From an uncultured virus (IMG/VR IMGVR_UViG_3300030104_006454) (Duplodnaviria; Heunggongvirae; Uroviricota; Caudoviricetes; Crassvirales), in the IMG/VR virus record IMGVR_UViG_3300030104_006454, positions 1 to 64,000 of that record: a DNA stretch of 64,000 nucleotides; one strand, given 5' to 3'. Below are positions 9,663 through 18,545 of this stretch, piece by piece; position 1 is the first letter of the stretch, and each line of letters begins with the position of its first letter. The position numbers and the translations under genes were made by a program. The notes beneath the pieces were generated by a model. The model did no database searches and was not told where the DNA came from. It was given only the letters and a program-made list of their open reading frames with translations.

Positions 9663-12461
9663 TTAATCTATTTTCTGTATTAATACGATAACATCGCTTG
9701 AAGCTATAGTTGAAGGAGCGTCGTTAGTATTAATTGTAATGTTGTTTGCATCTGTTCTAACTACTTCAGCAATTACAGTTTCATAAGAACTAGCGTCGTA
9801 CATTTGTACAATAACGTTTCTTGTTCCTAAATCATGTTGGATAGTTATATCATCATCACTACCATCACCAATTGTAGCTGTAAAGCTTCTTGCAGCTAAA
9901 CCAGCAGGTGTAACAGCTAATGAAGAACTAGAACCAGCTAAAGCCTCTGCAGTTGAAGCAAGTGTAACAACACCTTTTGTACCAACAGCACCGTTAGCTA
10001 CGGATAATACAGAGCTTGAAGCAGATATGTTAGTACCAGCAAATAGATCAGCTAGTTTACTAACGTTAGTCATACGCATTGTACCACCATCGTTGTGTAA
10101 GAAACCATCACCGTTTGCTACAGCAGTAGTACCTCTTGAAGTACCACCGTCTATTAAGTTTAATTCAGCCGTTGTAACCGTGGCACCATCTAATATTTCT
10201 AATTCAGTTTCGCTAATAGCAGCACTACCAATTGTAAATCCATCTGCATGCACAACACCGTTTCCATCATATATAACTGCTTTACTATTTACAACAGTAC
10301 CAGCTTCAGATGTATCTAAAAGATTTAATTCAGCAGCTGTTGAAGTTATCGATGTACCACCTATTTGTAATGTTGTAGCATTTACTTCACCAGAAGATCC
10401 GTATATAACACCTTTAGAGTTTACAATTGTACCAGCGGAAGAACCATCTACTAAGTTTAGTTCAGCAGCTGTAGAAGACACAGTAGTTCCATTTATAGAC
10501 AAAGCATCAGTTTCTAATGTACCATCAACATCTACATTTCCAGAAATATCTAATGAAGAAGCTATTAACTGAGCAACTTGTAAATCTTCATAACTACTAC
10601 CTAATAGTAATTCAAACTTAGGGCCAGTAGTGCTATAATTAATTTTTGCATCATCACCAGAACCACCTTCAATTGTAATACCAGCACCGTTAACTACAGC
10701 TGATGTACTGTTACCACTATCTAATACAATGTTGTGATCATTAAGATTTACTGTAGTTGAGTTAACAGTTGTTGTAGTACCAGATACTGTTAAGTTACCA
10801 GGTATTGTAACTGTAGAGCTAGAACCAGAACCAACTGTTACATCTACATAGTTACCAGTTTTATGTCCTGCTAAAGTTAAACCAGATCTTAAACCTGTAG
10901 TAGTACCATCACTAGCACCAACTTGTAACGACATTTGACCAGTCTCGTCAGTATTATCAGCTTCAAGAACCTCAACTAATATTTTACCAAAATCAGTTTG
11001 TGCTTGAGCAGCGTCATCACCTGTAAACAAGATTACACCAACATCATCACCATCGGCACCAGCAGCGCCTTTATCTTTTACAAACTGTAATCTAGCACCG
11101 TTAGCATCATTAGTAGTATTTTTAATTATTACAAGAGGATCGTTAGCATTTGCAGAAGCAAAAGTAGCAGTGTCAGTTGTAAAATTAACTTCAGATTGAT
11201 TTATAGTTGCTAAAGTAGTTATAACACCACCACTAACAATATTAGTACCACCTACTGTTATAGCATCAGCTTCAAGAGTTCCGTCAAAGTCACCGTCTAC
11301 AGCATCTATATTTCCTTTAAATATCGTAGCTGTTATTGTACCACTAGATGGATTGTAAGTTGCATTACCATCTGCTTCAAGGCCTAAGTTACCACCATCA
11401 ACATCACCACCAGCAGTAAATACAATAGCATTTTCTTCATTTGTGTTTTCATTATCAGTAATTGTTACTGTTGTAGCAACCGCAGCCGTTGTTGCATTAG
11501 CAACTGTTACCCCTGCAATAACCGTATTTAAAGCAGTTCCACCAACTGTTATGGCGTCAGCCTCTAATGTGCCATCGAAATCTCCATCAACAGCGTCAAT
11601 ATTACCTTTAAATATTGTAGCAGATACTGTACCAGTACTTGGGTTGTACGTTAAATCACCATCAGCTTCTAAACCTCTATTAGCACCACCACCGCCAGCG
11701 CCTTCAACAAAAGTAATTTGGTTTTCTTCGTCTGTGTTTTCGTTATCAGTAACTAATACATGTGCGGAGTTTGTAGCGTTAGTTACAGTAACACCCGCAA
11801 TAACAGTGTTTAAAGCTGTACCGTTTACAGTTATAGCATCTGCTTCTAATGTACCATCAATATCAGCATTACCACTAATATCAAGACTAGCACCATCAAC
11901 TTCACCAGTAACTGTTATACTATCTACATAAGCGTCTTTCCATCTTACTGAGCTAGAGCCTAAATCTACATCACTGTCAGACTGTGGTCCAAATATATTA
12001 TCACCAAGATAAACTTGCTCAACGTTGTTTGCGTAGAAATGTATTTCATTAGCTGTTTCAAAATCAATTTTAGTTTGATCGTCTTCACCAATTTTTATGT
12101 CAGTAGCTAATAACGATGTAATTCCTGTTTGCGCAGCGTCTATAGTTGCTGTAACAGTAGTACCAGTTGCACTAGTAGTTATACCAGTTCCACCAGCAAT
12201 AGTAAGGTCAACGTTTGCACTAGTATCAGCAGCACTACCAGAATCACCCGAAAGAGTTACCCCAGTAATATCACCAGTTGCTGTACCTGTACCAACCGCT
12301 TGGTAAGCTGTTCCATTATGAAATTTTAATACGTTATCTGTACTATTATAATATAAATGTCCTTCGAAACCACTAGGATCACTAGAAAGTATTTGCATAG
12401 CTGCATTTTGAAGCTGGTTTTGATTCAAATTTATATGCGCTAAATATTTTAATTCTGCCAT
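9663..12461 (-). CDS. long tail fibre with internal repeats
   Basis: G/T/S/A/D-rich, with a ~95-aa tandem duplication (DGTLEADAITV...ATIFKGNIDAVDGDF) and STAAELNL repeats. Confidence 0.8.
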   Translation of the reverse strand: MAELKYLAHINLNQNQLQNAAMQILSSDPSGFEGHLYYNSTDNVLKFHNGTAYQAVGTGTATGDITGVTLSGDSGSAADTSANVDLTIAGGTGITTSATGTTVTATIDAAQTGITSLLATDIKIGEDDQTKIDFETANEIHFYANNVEQVYLGDNIFGPQSDSDVDLGSSSVRWKDAYVDSITVTGEVDGASLDISGNADIDGTLEADAITVNGTALNTVIAGVTVTNATNSAHVLVTDNENTDEENQITFVEGAGGGGANRGLEADGDLTYNPSTGTVSATIFKGNIDAVDGDFDGTLEADAITVGGTALNTVIAGVTVANATTAAVATTVTITDNENTNEENAIVFTAGGDVDGGNLGLEADGNATYNPSSGTITATIFKGNIDAVDGDFDGTLEADAITVGGTNIVSGGVITTLATINQSEVNFTTDTATFASANANDPLVIIKNTTNDANGARLQFVKDKGAAGADGDDVGVILFTGDDAAQAQTDFGKILVEVLEADNTDETGQMSLQVGASDGTTTGLRSGLTLAGHKTGNYVDVTVGSGSSSTVTIPGNLTVSGTTTTVNSTTVNLNDHNIVLDSGNSTSAVVNGAGITIEGGSGDDAKINYSTTGPKFELLLGSSYEDLQVAQLIASSLDISGNVDVDGTLETDALSINGTTVSSTAAELNLVDGSSAGTIVNSKGVIYGSSGEVNATTLQIGGTSITSTAAELNLLDTSEAGTVVNSKAVIYDGNGVVHADGFTIGSAAISETELEILDGATVTTAELNLIDGGTSRGTTAVANGDGFLHNDGGTMRMTNVSKLADLFAGTNISASSSVLSVANGAVGTKGVVTLASTAEALAGSSSSLAVTPAGLAARSFTATIGDGSDDDITIQHDLGTRNVIVQMYDASSYETVIAEVVRTDANNITINTNDAPSTIASSDVIVLIQKID

Positions 12462-12494
12462 TTTTTTTGTTTTTTATTTTATATTGTTAATTTT

Positions 12495-12740
12495 TTAATT
12501 AAAGAAAGCTTTTCCTGAAAAAGCAGCTTCAAAGTCTAGTGTACACCTGTTGTCACTGTTGTAGGTAACTTGACCTATTATCACCGTGTTAGCTGAGTCA
12601 ACAACTGTAACGGATGGTTTTTTGGCTAAGTTATGGTCAACAACCCACTGTGTTGATGCGGAACCTTGTGTAAACACAAAATTAGCGTCGGTAGTAAATA
12701 TATTATTTGTAACACTAGGATTTCCTATATATTTAGCCAT
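12495..12740 (-). CDS. small tail structural protein
   Basis: WVVDHNLAKKPSVTVVD resembles the C-terminal HDLGTRNVIVQ domain of the adjacent fibre. Confidence 0.55.
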   Translation of the reverse strand: MAKYIGNPSVTNNIFTTDANFVFTQGSASTQWVVDHNLAKKPSVTVVDSANTVIIGQVTYNSDNRCTLDFEAAFSGKAFFN

Positions 12741-12743
12741 TTA

Positions 12744-13199
12744 TTAAATTATTTTGTAGTTAGTTTTTCTGTTTTCTTTATATGCCTTTAAGCACCTTTT
12801 TCTGTTTTTTTGTGGTGACACGTAACTAACGTGCACCCAGTCTGGATTATTATCGCTACCAAACTCCCATATCATTTGATCAAAATCTAAATGCTCTTTT
12901 ATAAACTCGTACATTTCAGCGTTAGTACATCTACCAAACGTATCGTCTATGTCTATGGCTTGGCCGTGACAATGTTGTGACTTTGTACTACCGCCTATAG
13001 CTTTATTAAGCTCTGGTGATCTGTAAAAACTATTTATTTTTATAGGTCCACCAACATAAGCTCTTAATGGTTCGAATATATTTTCAGCTAATTCAACCAT
13101 GTTTGCTAAATGTTTTTTTGTAGGTGTATTGTCTATATCTAGACGTATCGCTGTTCTGCTATACACACTTTCCTTGTCGCTTATATGTTTACTTATCAT
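12744..13199 (-). CDS. peptidase M15-family endolysin (Zn peptidoglycan peptidase)
   Basis: SFYRSPELNKAIGGSTKSQHCHGQAID...WVHVS motifs. Confidence 0.85.
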   Translation of the reverse strand: MISKHISDKESVYSRTAIRLDIDNTPTKKHLANMVELAENIFEPLRAYVGGPIKINSFYRSPELNKAIGGSTKSQHCHGQAIDIDDTFGRCTNAEMYEFIKEHLDFDQMIWEFGSDNNPDWVHVSYVSPQKNRKRCLKAYKENRKTNYKII

Positions 13200-13200
13200 T

Positions 13201-13527
13201 TTATTTACTCATTAAAACATCTACTGTATCACTACCTCCAACCGTAATATATAAGCCGTAATCACTATTATTAAACGAAACCATATCTTCATTGTCTAAA
13301 AGCAAGGACATAGCTACTGGTATTGAACTTGCAGAAAGTATATTAAAAGTTTCTGGTTCTGCTGCCGCTGGATTACTTTGTAAAAACAAAGTTACTGTCG
13401 CGCCGTTTGTAGAGTGAATATTGGTTATCAAAATAGACTTGATATTACCAGATTTACTACCAGGCTCTATAAGTGTGCTAGTTACCCCAGTGCTACCAGT
13501 TATATTGTGATAAGGTTGGAAAGCCAT
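13201..13527 (-). CDS. hypothetical beta-rich structural protein
   Basis: 108-aa ORF with IKSILITNIH, in a run of virion-like small genes. Confidence 0.6.
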   Translation of the reverse strand: MAFQPYHNITGSTGVTSTLIEPGSKSGNIKSILITNIHSTNGATVTLFLQSNPAAAEPETFNILSASSIPVAMSLLLDNEDMVSFNNSDYGLYITVGGSDTVDVLMSK

Positions 13528-13530
13528 TTA

Positions 13531-13956
13531 TTATGCTTCTTCGTAGAACATTACAAATTCTAAAACTACTGTATCATCAGTAGCCGGAGTTGCAGTAACG
13601 TCATCAGTGTCTATACAAGTAAGAGGCATCATCATCCAGTCACCTCCGTAGAGAAGACCAATTGGCTCTGCTTTTACACCTATTGTAACACCTACTGACT
13701 TATCAATATTACCTTTGCCGTCTCCAATATTTCTAATATATATTTTTGAAGCTACACTGTCTTTAGGCTCTATTAATTCGCTAGCCATCTCCACTAAGTC
13801 TACTACAGTCGCTGCAGATAATTTTCTTCTTTGAAAACCTGTTGTACTATCTATATCTGTAACAGTACCAGCCTGTGTTAATGTCATTGATTCTGATATT
13901 CCACCAAAACCAGAAAGTATATCAGATCCTATACTTATTGTGCATGTTGTTGCCAT
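13531..13956 (-). CDS. putative structural protein, paralog 3 of 3
   Basis: MATT start, KIYIRN and IGLLYGGDWMMMP. Confidence 0.7.
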   Translation of the reverse strand: MATTCTISIGSDILSGFGGISESMTLTQAGTVTDIDSTTGFQRRKLSAATVVDLVEMASELIEPKDSVASKIYIRNIGDGKGNIDKSVGVTIGVKAEPIGLLYGGDWMMMPLTCIDTDDVTATPATDDTVVLEFVMFYEEA

Positions 13957-13982
13957 GTTTATTTATTTTTTTTAATTAATTA

Positions 13983-14396
13983 TTAAGTAGTAGCTAAAGC
14001 TGTTCCTTCGTGAAAAAGAGCATACTCTATTTTGTTTGTTCCACCGTTAGATGTAATTGCTATATCAGCATCACCGTCATGAAAATCTGCAGGTATAAAC
14101 ATCCAGTCTCCACCGTATAATCTACCTATAGCTTGTGTATTTTGAGTAATTGCTATATAGTAAGTTTCGTCTATTGAATGATTTTTAACAAAAAGTTTAC
14201 TTGCTTTTGATGCTGTTGGAGTAGTAGCAATTAAATCGTACTCATCTCCAGTTGCTATTTCTACATACCCATATTCTATTTGATCTAAACCATCAGCAGT
14301 AGTACCCGCTTTCATTAACGTCGTAGACGCTGTTACGGACATATTGTCTGACAGAAGATCACTTGTTAGCGTTACCGCCGCTGTTGTTGTTGCCAT
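13983..14396 (-). CDS. putative structural protein, paralog 2 of 3
   Basis: MATTT start, KLFVKN and IGRLYGGDWMFIP. Confidence 0.7.
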   Translation of the reverse strand: MATTTAAVTLTSDLLSDNMSVTASTTLMKAGTTADGLDQIEYGYVEIATGDEYDLIATTPTASKASKLFVKNHSIDETYYIAITQNTQAIGRLYGGDWMFIPADFHDGDADIAITSNGGTNKIEYALFHEGTALATT

Positions 14397-14422
14397 ATTT
14401 GTTATTTGTTATTTAGTTATTA

Positions 14423-14830
14423 TTAATCTGTTAGTAACATGTATTCTAGTGTTATTGAGCTTGATACACTAGGTGTTATTTTAATATCTGCTGCACCATC
14501 GTGGTTATTCCAAGGAAAAAAAGCCCAATCACCAGCATATAATCTACCTATTTCTTCTGAGTTATGTGTTATTACAAAATATTCTGAAGCCGTTGTAGAT
14601 GTATTTTTAAGATATATTTTATGAGCTTTAGCTGGACCAGAAGAATAATCATCAGCATCAAATAAAATATATTGAGAAGATGATGATGTAGTTTTTCTAC
14701 CTAAACCACCTGTGCCAGTTAAACCAGTAGAGTTGCCAGCACTAGTTAAAGTTGCCGTTGTTGATAATGCTAACTCATCTGATAATAAATCAGTACTGCT
14801 TAGCGTTATAGTTGCTGTCGTTGTTGCCAT
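14423..14830 (-). CDS. putative structural protein, paralog 1 of 3
   Basis: MATTT start, KIYLKN and IGRLYAGDWAFFP. Confidence 0.7.
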   Translation of the reverse strand: MATTTATITLSSTDLLSDELALSTTATLTSAGNSTGLTGTGGLGRKTTSSSSQYILFDADDYSSGPAKAHKIYLKNTSTTASEYFVITHNSEEIGRLYAGDWAFFPWNNHDGAADIKITPSVSSSITLEYMLLTD

Positions 14831-14831
14831 A

Positions 14832-17222
14832 TTATTTTTTTATTAATTGTTTAATTACACTTCCATCACTATATATAAACAGTAGAAGTTTGTTTTTTAT
14901 TATTTTTGTTTTTCTACCAAGAAGATCAGTTACACCTACTAATTTTTTCTCAGCTTGTAGTCTTGTTGGTAATGGACCAGTCCAAGTGCCTTCACAATAA
15001 TTGTATGTTGCTTGACAAACTGTGTCCCACTCGTTCTCACAACAGTACTCATCTATATCTATTACCCAAGCGTAGCAAGGATCGTTTAACCAGTAAGGGA
15101 TGCTATCGCCAGTAACACAGCCTGCACTGTAACGGCAAGATAAAGAATCGTCAATATTAGCATTTGCGTTAAAGTTATATGCCGTTTGATCCATGCAACC
15201 CACAACGATAGAAATACACGAACCGTTATCCGTGTTAGCAAGTGGATTAAAGTTAAGAGCCAAACTATCCATACACCCATAAACATAAGAAACACAACTA
15301 AAATCCTCCGTGTTCGCCGCTGCGTCGTAATTAAACGCAGAAGGATCCGTGCAGCCATATATATAAGGTATACAAGGAATACTATTGTTAGTTGCATTTG
15401 CAAGTGGGTTGTAGTTAAATTGTGTTGAGTCCATACAACCATAAACAAACTCTATACAAGAGCCATTGTCTACGTTTGCTAGTGGATCATAGTTAAACAT
15501 TGTTGGATCTGTACAACCATATACTTTCGCCACACAGGAACCATCGTCAACATTTGCTTGTGGTTGGTAATTAAAAGCTTGTGGATCAGTACAACCAAAT
15601 ACTATTGCAATACAACTACCATCATCTGTATTAGCTAAACTATCATAATTAAGAGCTGTTACGTTTGTGCAGCCAAATATTACTGGTATACAAGTGTCGG
15701 GCGTATTAGCAAGCACATTATAATTAAACGCTAGTGGTTGCATACAACCTAAAATTATAGGTAAACAACCACCATTATCCACATTAGCACTATTATCATA
15801 GTTAAAAGCTAAACTGTCAGTACAACCAAACATAGCTAAAGTATTGCAGCTATCTTGTATATTAAAATCTGTATAATAAGCGTTTGCAGTATCAACGTGG
15901 TATTCTAAATAAGCTGGAGATATACAACCAGGATAATAATAGCAGTCATCATTTGTATTTGCGCTGTCAACATAATTAAAAGCCAAACTGTCTAAGCAGC
16001 CATAAATTTTTTCTTCACATATATTACCACAATATGTTTGTGCTTCATATTTAAAAAATGGTATTATAAAAGGCGGTTGTACGCTTATTGTAGTATCACC
16101 AAATGGGTTTAATAAAGTAAAACCACACTCTAAAGCTGTGTGCTGTGCTTGTTGACTAACAAACAGCTTAGCATGTACTTCATCTGGTGCGTATAAACCT
16201 AAATTAAACACTTGGTTGAAAGCAGGTTGATTCATGTAAAATATACTAGTATCAGCATCTTGCCATATTTCTAATCTTGTACCTACCCAGCCATTACCTA
16301 TAAGATCATGTAGTATTAAAGTATAGCCACATGAGTCAATGTCTTCCATTGCATTTGCTACAGGATCGTAGTTATACATTGTGCTATCAGTACAACCATA
16401 TATTTTTAGAGTTACACAACTACTGTCATCTATTGTAGCCAACTCATTGTATTCTACGTAGTCATCATCCATACAACCATAGACTGGTGGTGGTGGTATA
16501 CAGGTGTCAGCCTGCCAAACATGACTAGTATCATATCCAAAAGCAGGATCGTTACCATATACAACTGTATCGCCACATTGCATCACATAGTATGAGCCAT
16601 TTTGCCCACCCCATAAACTACCTTCTAAACCATCACCATATAAATCATATATAGTAAAAGTTAATTCACCAGGCGGTAAGCATGCAAACTTAAACTGTGG
16701 CTCGTAGTCTGGCACATTAGGATAAGTACCACCTGCAAACAATATATTTCCTAAACTATCTTTTATATCCCAAGACGTTTCTTCAGGATATTGATCTAAA
16801 TTTATATTAACTAATGTTGGTACACATGGTCCTGGCGGTGGAGGTGGTGGTGGTGGCAAACAGCTTGGTACTGGTCTATTGGAGTATACGCCTGACTGAA
16901 AGTTAGGATTAGGATAATTTACTATTGTATCTCCACAAACAGTAACGTAATAACTACCGTTCATACCGTCACCATAAGTATCTCTCATTAAAAATGTAAT
17001 ATCAGCTATACTATCGTTTATATAACAAGTGTCAGTATAAGTTGTGTTAGGCGATGTATAATATCCAGCTGGTACATTACAAATAGTATCACCATATAAA
17101 CTATCAGCAAATAAAGTCCAATATGTTTCTGTAGGATATTGATCTGTAGTTATATGTATTACACACTCTTTTTGAGCAAATGTAATAAAAGGCAATAATA
17201 ATAGTAGTAATATTTTTTTCAT
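14832..17222 (-). CDS. secreted Cys-rich repeat surface protein with a T9SS-CTD-like C-terminus
   Basis: Signal peptide MKKILLLLLLPFITFA-Q, two DQYPxETxW domains joined by a poly-Pro linker, ~13 xGC(T/M)DxxAxNYxxxANxDDxSC repeats, and C-terminal TDLLGRKTKIIKNKLLLFIYSDGSVIKQLIKK. Confidence 0.75.
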   Translation of the reverse strand: MKKILLLLLLPFITFAQKECVIHITTDQYPTETYWTLFADSLYGDTICNVPAGYYTSPNTTYTDTCYINDSIADITFLMRDTYGDGMNGSYYVTVCGDTIVNYPNPNFQSGVYSNRPVPSCLPPPPPPPPGPCVPTLVNINLDQYPEETSWDIKDSLGNILFAGGTYPNVPDYEPQFKFACLPPGELTFTIYDLYGDGLEGSLWGGQNGSYYVMQCGDTVVYGNDPAFGYDTSHVWQADTCIPPPPVYGCMDDDYVEYNELATIDDSSCVTLKIYGCTDSTMYNYDPVANAMEDIDSCGYTLILHDLIGNGWVGTRLEIWQDADTSIFYMNQPAFNQVFNLGLYAPDEVHAKLFVSQQAQHTALECGFTLLNPFGDTTISVQPPFIIPFFKYEAQTYCGNICEEKIYGCLDSLAFNYVDSANTNDDCYYYPGCISPAYLEYHVDTANAYYTDFNIQDSCNTLAMFGCTDSLAFNYDNSANVDNGGCLPIILGCMQPLAFNYNVLANTPDTCIPVIFGCTNVTALNYDSLANTDDGSCIAIVFGCTDPQAFNYQPQANVDDGSCVAKVYGCTDPTMFNYDPLANVDNGSCIEFVYGCMDSTQFNYNPLANATNNSIPCIPYIYGCTDPSAFNYDAAANTEDFSCVSYVYGCMDSLALNFNPLANTDNGSCISIVVGCMDQTAYNFNANANIDDSLSCRYSAGCVTGDSIPYWLNDPCYAWVIDIDEYCCENEWDTVCQATYNYCEGTWTGPLPTRLQAEKKLVGVTDLLGRKTKIIKNKLLLFIYSDGSVIKQLIKK

Positions 17223-17728
17223 TTAATTTTAATAAATTTTTTCATGTTTCTTATATATATCCTGTTCTTTTTTACATCTGTTACAACTCTACCTTTAAGA
17301 TCATATATCACGCCCTTATGTTGTCCGTTTGGTAAAACTTCATTTATACCAACAGTGTTATTCCACTCCACCCACTCAGTACCGTTGTACACTATCCACT
17401 CACATATGTCACGACATTCATATATTGTTTGCCAATTAGTATCTGTTACATAAGCAGTGTAACATACTTTTACCGTATCTGTAAGTTGTATTATTGGAAA
17501 TGATGCCCATGCTCCATTACCAAGAAAACAAAGTTGTGGATTACAAACTGCCCATGCAACACTTACTGTATCACAATAATTATCTAAAGAATCTGTTGTT
17601 TCAATCATCACACTAAATACACCATTAGTATTTGGTAACACTGAGTATGATATTGAATCACACCAGTTTACTTGTGCATTTAAGTTTAATCCAAACAATA
17701 ATACTAACGCTAGTATAATGTTACGCAC
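17219..17728 (-). CDS. secreted protein with a short T9SS-CTD-like C-terminus
   Basis: Likely GTG start at 17728, signal peptide (LNLNA-Q), and C-terminal VGINE...IYDLKGRVV...IYIRNMKKFIKIK. Confidence 0.65.
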   Translation of the reverse strand: MRNIILALVLLFGLNLNAQVNWCDSISYSVLPNTNGVFSVMIETTDSLDNYCDTVSVAWAVCNPQLCFLGNGAWASFPIIQLTDTVKVCYTAYVTDTNWQTIYECRDICEWIVYNGTEWVEWNNTVGINEVLPNGQHKGVIYDLKGRVVTDVKKNRIYIRNMKKFIKIK

Positions 17729-17807
17729 AATTACACTCTTTGCAATAACCAAAACAAACTTTACCTAAAGTAAGTTTGCAAACTAATTTACATATTTTTT
17801 CTTTCAT
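17721..17807 (-). CDS. 28-aa Cys-rich peptide (MKEKICKLVCKLTLGKVCFGYCKECNCA), not in the ORF track
   Basis: Translated by hand. It fills the gap between the thioredoxin-like gene and the next gene, with coupled start/stop. Confidence 0.55.
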   Translation of the reverse strand: MKEKICKLVCKLTLGKVCFGYCKECNCA

Positions 17808-17808
17808 A

Positions 17809-18129
17809 TTAAAAATCACTCATTATTTGTTCGTTAATAAAATTTTGTATTTCTTTTCTTGTTGCAAGCATTTTAAAACTAAGGTCTGCTTGATACCTTT
17901 TTATTTCTTCACCATCTTTAAATATAACTATAGTAGGTACTATAACTATTTTATGTTTTTCTTGTAGCTTTGGTTCTTTAACAATATCAACATCTGCTAA
18001 ATCACAATCGTCTAATTTAGTAAACCATTCAACATTATTAGTAGAGTTCCACTCTGCGTTAAAGTGTGTAACTGTTATTTGTGCAAATACATTGCTACAA
18101 AACAGCATTAGTATTAAAATATATTTCAT
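17809..18129 (-). CDS. exported thioredoxin-fold protein lacking CxxC
   Basis: Signal peptide, HFNAEWNSTN in place of FxAxWCxxC, and cis-Pro motif VPTIVIFKDGEEIKR. Confidence 0.7.
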   Translation of the reverse strand: MKYILILMLFCSNVFAQITVTHFNAEWNSTNNVEWFTKLDDCDLADVDIVKEPKLQEKHKIVIVPTIVIFKDGEEIKRYQADLSFKMLATRKEIQNFINEQIMSDF

Positions 18130-18130
18130 T

Positions 18131-18406
18131 TTATCTTAATTTATCAATTTTATCTTCCATACGGATCATACGCTCTTCAAGCTTTTTAACATCATCTCTA
18201 GTTTCCATAATGGTGTTTCTGATATTTTCATCTTTCATTTTAAATTCCATACGAGATACATCTGGCTTAGGCAGTTCTTTTGCCTCAGCTATATCAGCTT
18301 GTAAAGCAAACCACATACCTATAATTGTAGATATTGCAAAGCCAACTGCTATTAATGTTTTTATGCTTACTGTAAAGCCAGTATCTTCGTTTAATTCTTT
18401 AGCCAT
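18131..18406 (-). CDS. single-TM protein with a C-terminal coiled coil
   Basis: TM segment TLIAVGFAISTIIGMWFAL followed by heptads. Confidence 0.65.
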   Translation of the reverse strand: MAKELNEDTGFTVSIKTLIAVGFAISTIIGMWFALQADIAEAKELPKPDVSRMEFKMKDENIRNTIMETRDDVKKLEERMIRMEDKIDKLR

Positions 18407-18515
18407 TCTTTTTTTTCTTGTTGGATTTGTATAGCTTATTAGCTTTTTTTATTTTGTCTATTTTTGATTTTATTACAGGATTTTTTGCAATAAATTTTTT
18501 TAACCAGTTACTCAT
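18399..18515 (-). CDS. 38-aa basic peptide (MSNWLKKFIAKNPVIKSKIDKIKKANKLYKSNKKKKNG)
   Basis: Translated by hand; its stop overlaps the next start. Confidence 0.4.
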   Translation of the reverse strand: MSNWLKKFIAKNPVIKSKIDKIKKANKLYKSNKKKKNG

Positions 18516-18545
18516 AATTTTATCGTTTTTTGTATTGATACATAG

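Noticed and set aside
8464..12329. Plus-strand ORFs antisense to the tail fibres (and similar ones antisense to groEL, the scaffold and the giant genes)
   Set aside because: They are shadow frames produced by codon bias of the real minus-strand genes, with no motifs or plausible starts.
15060..15370. Locally higher CG content inside the Cys-repeat gene as a separate mobile insert
   Set aside because: It stays in frame and encodes the same repeat type. At most it is a recombined repeat block, and this cannot be quantified by eye.
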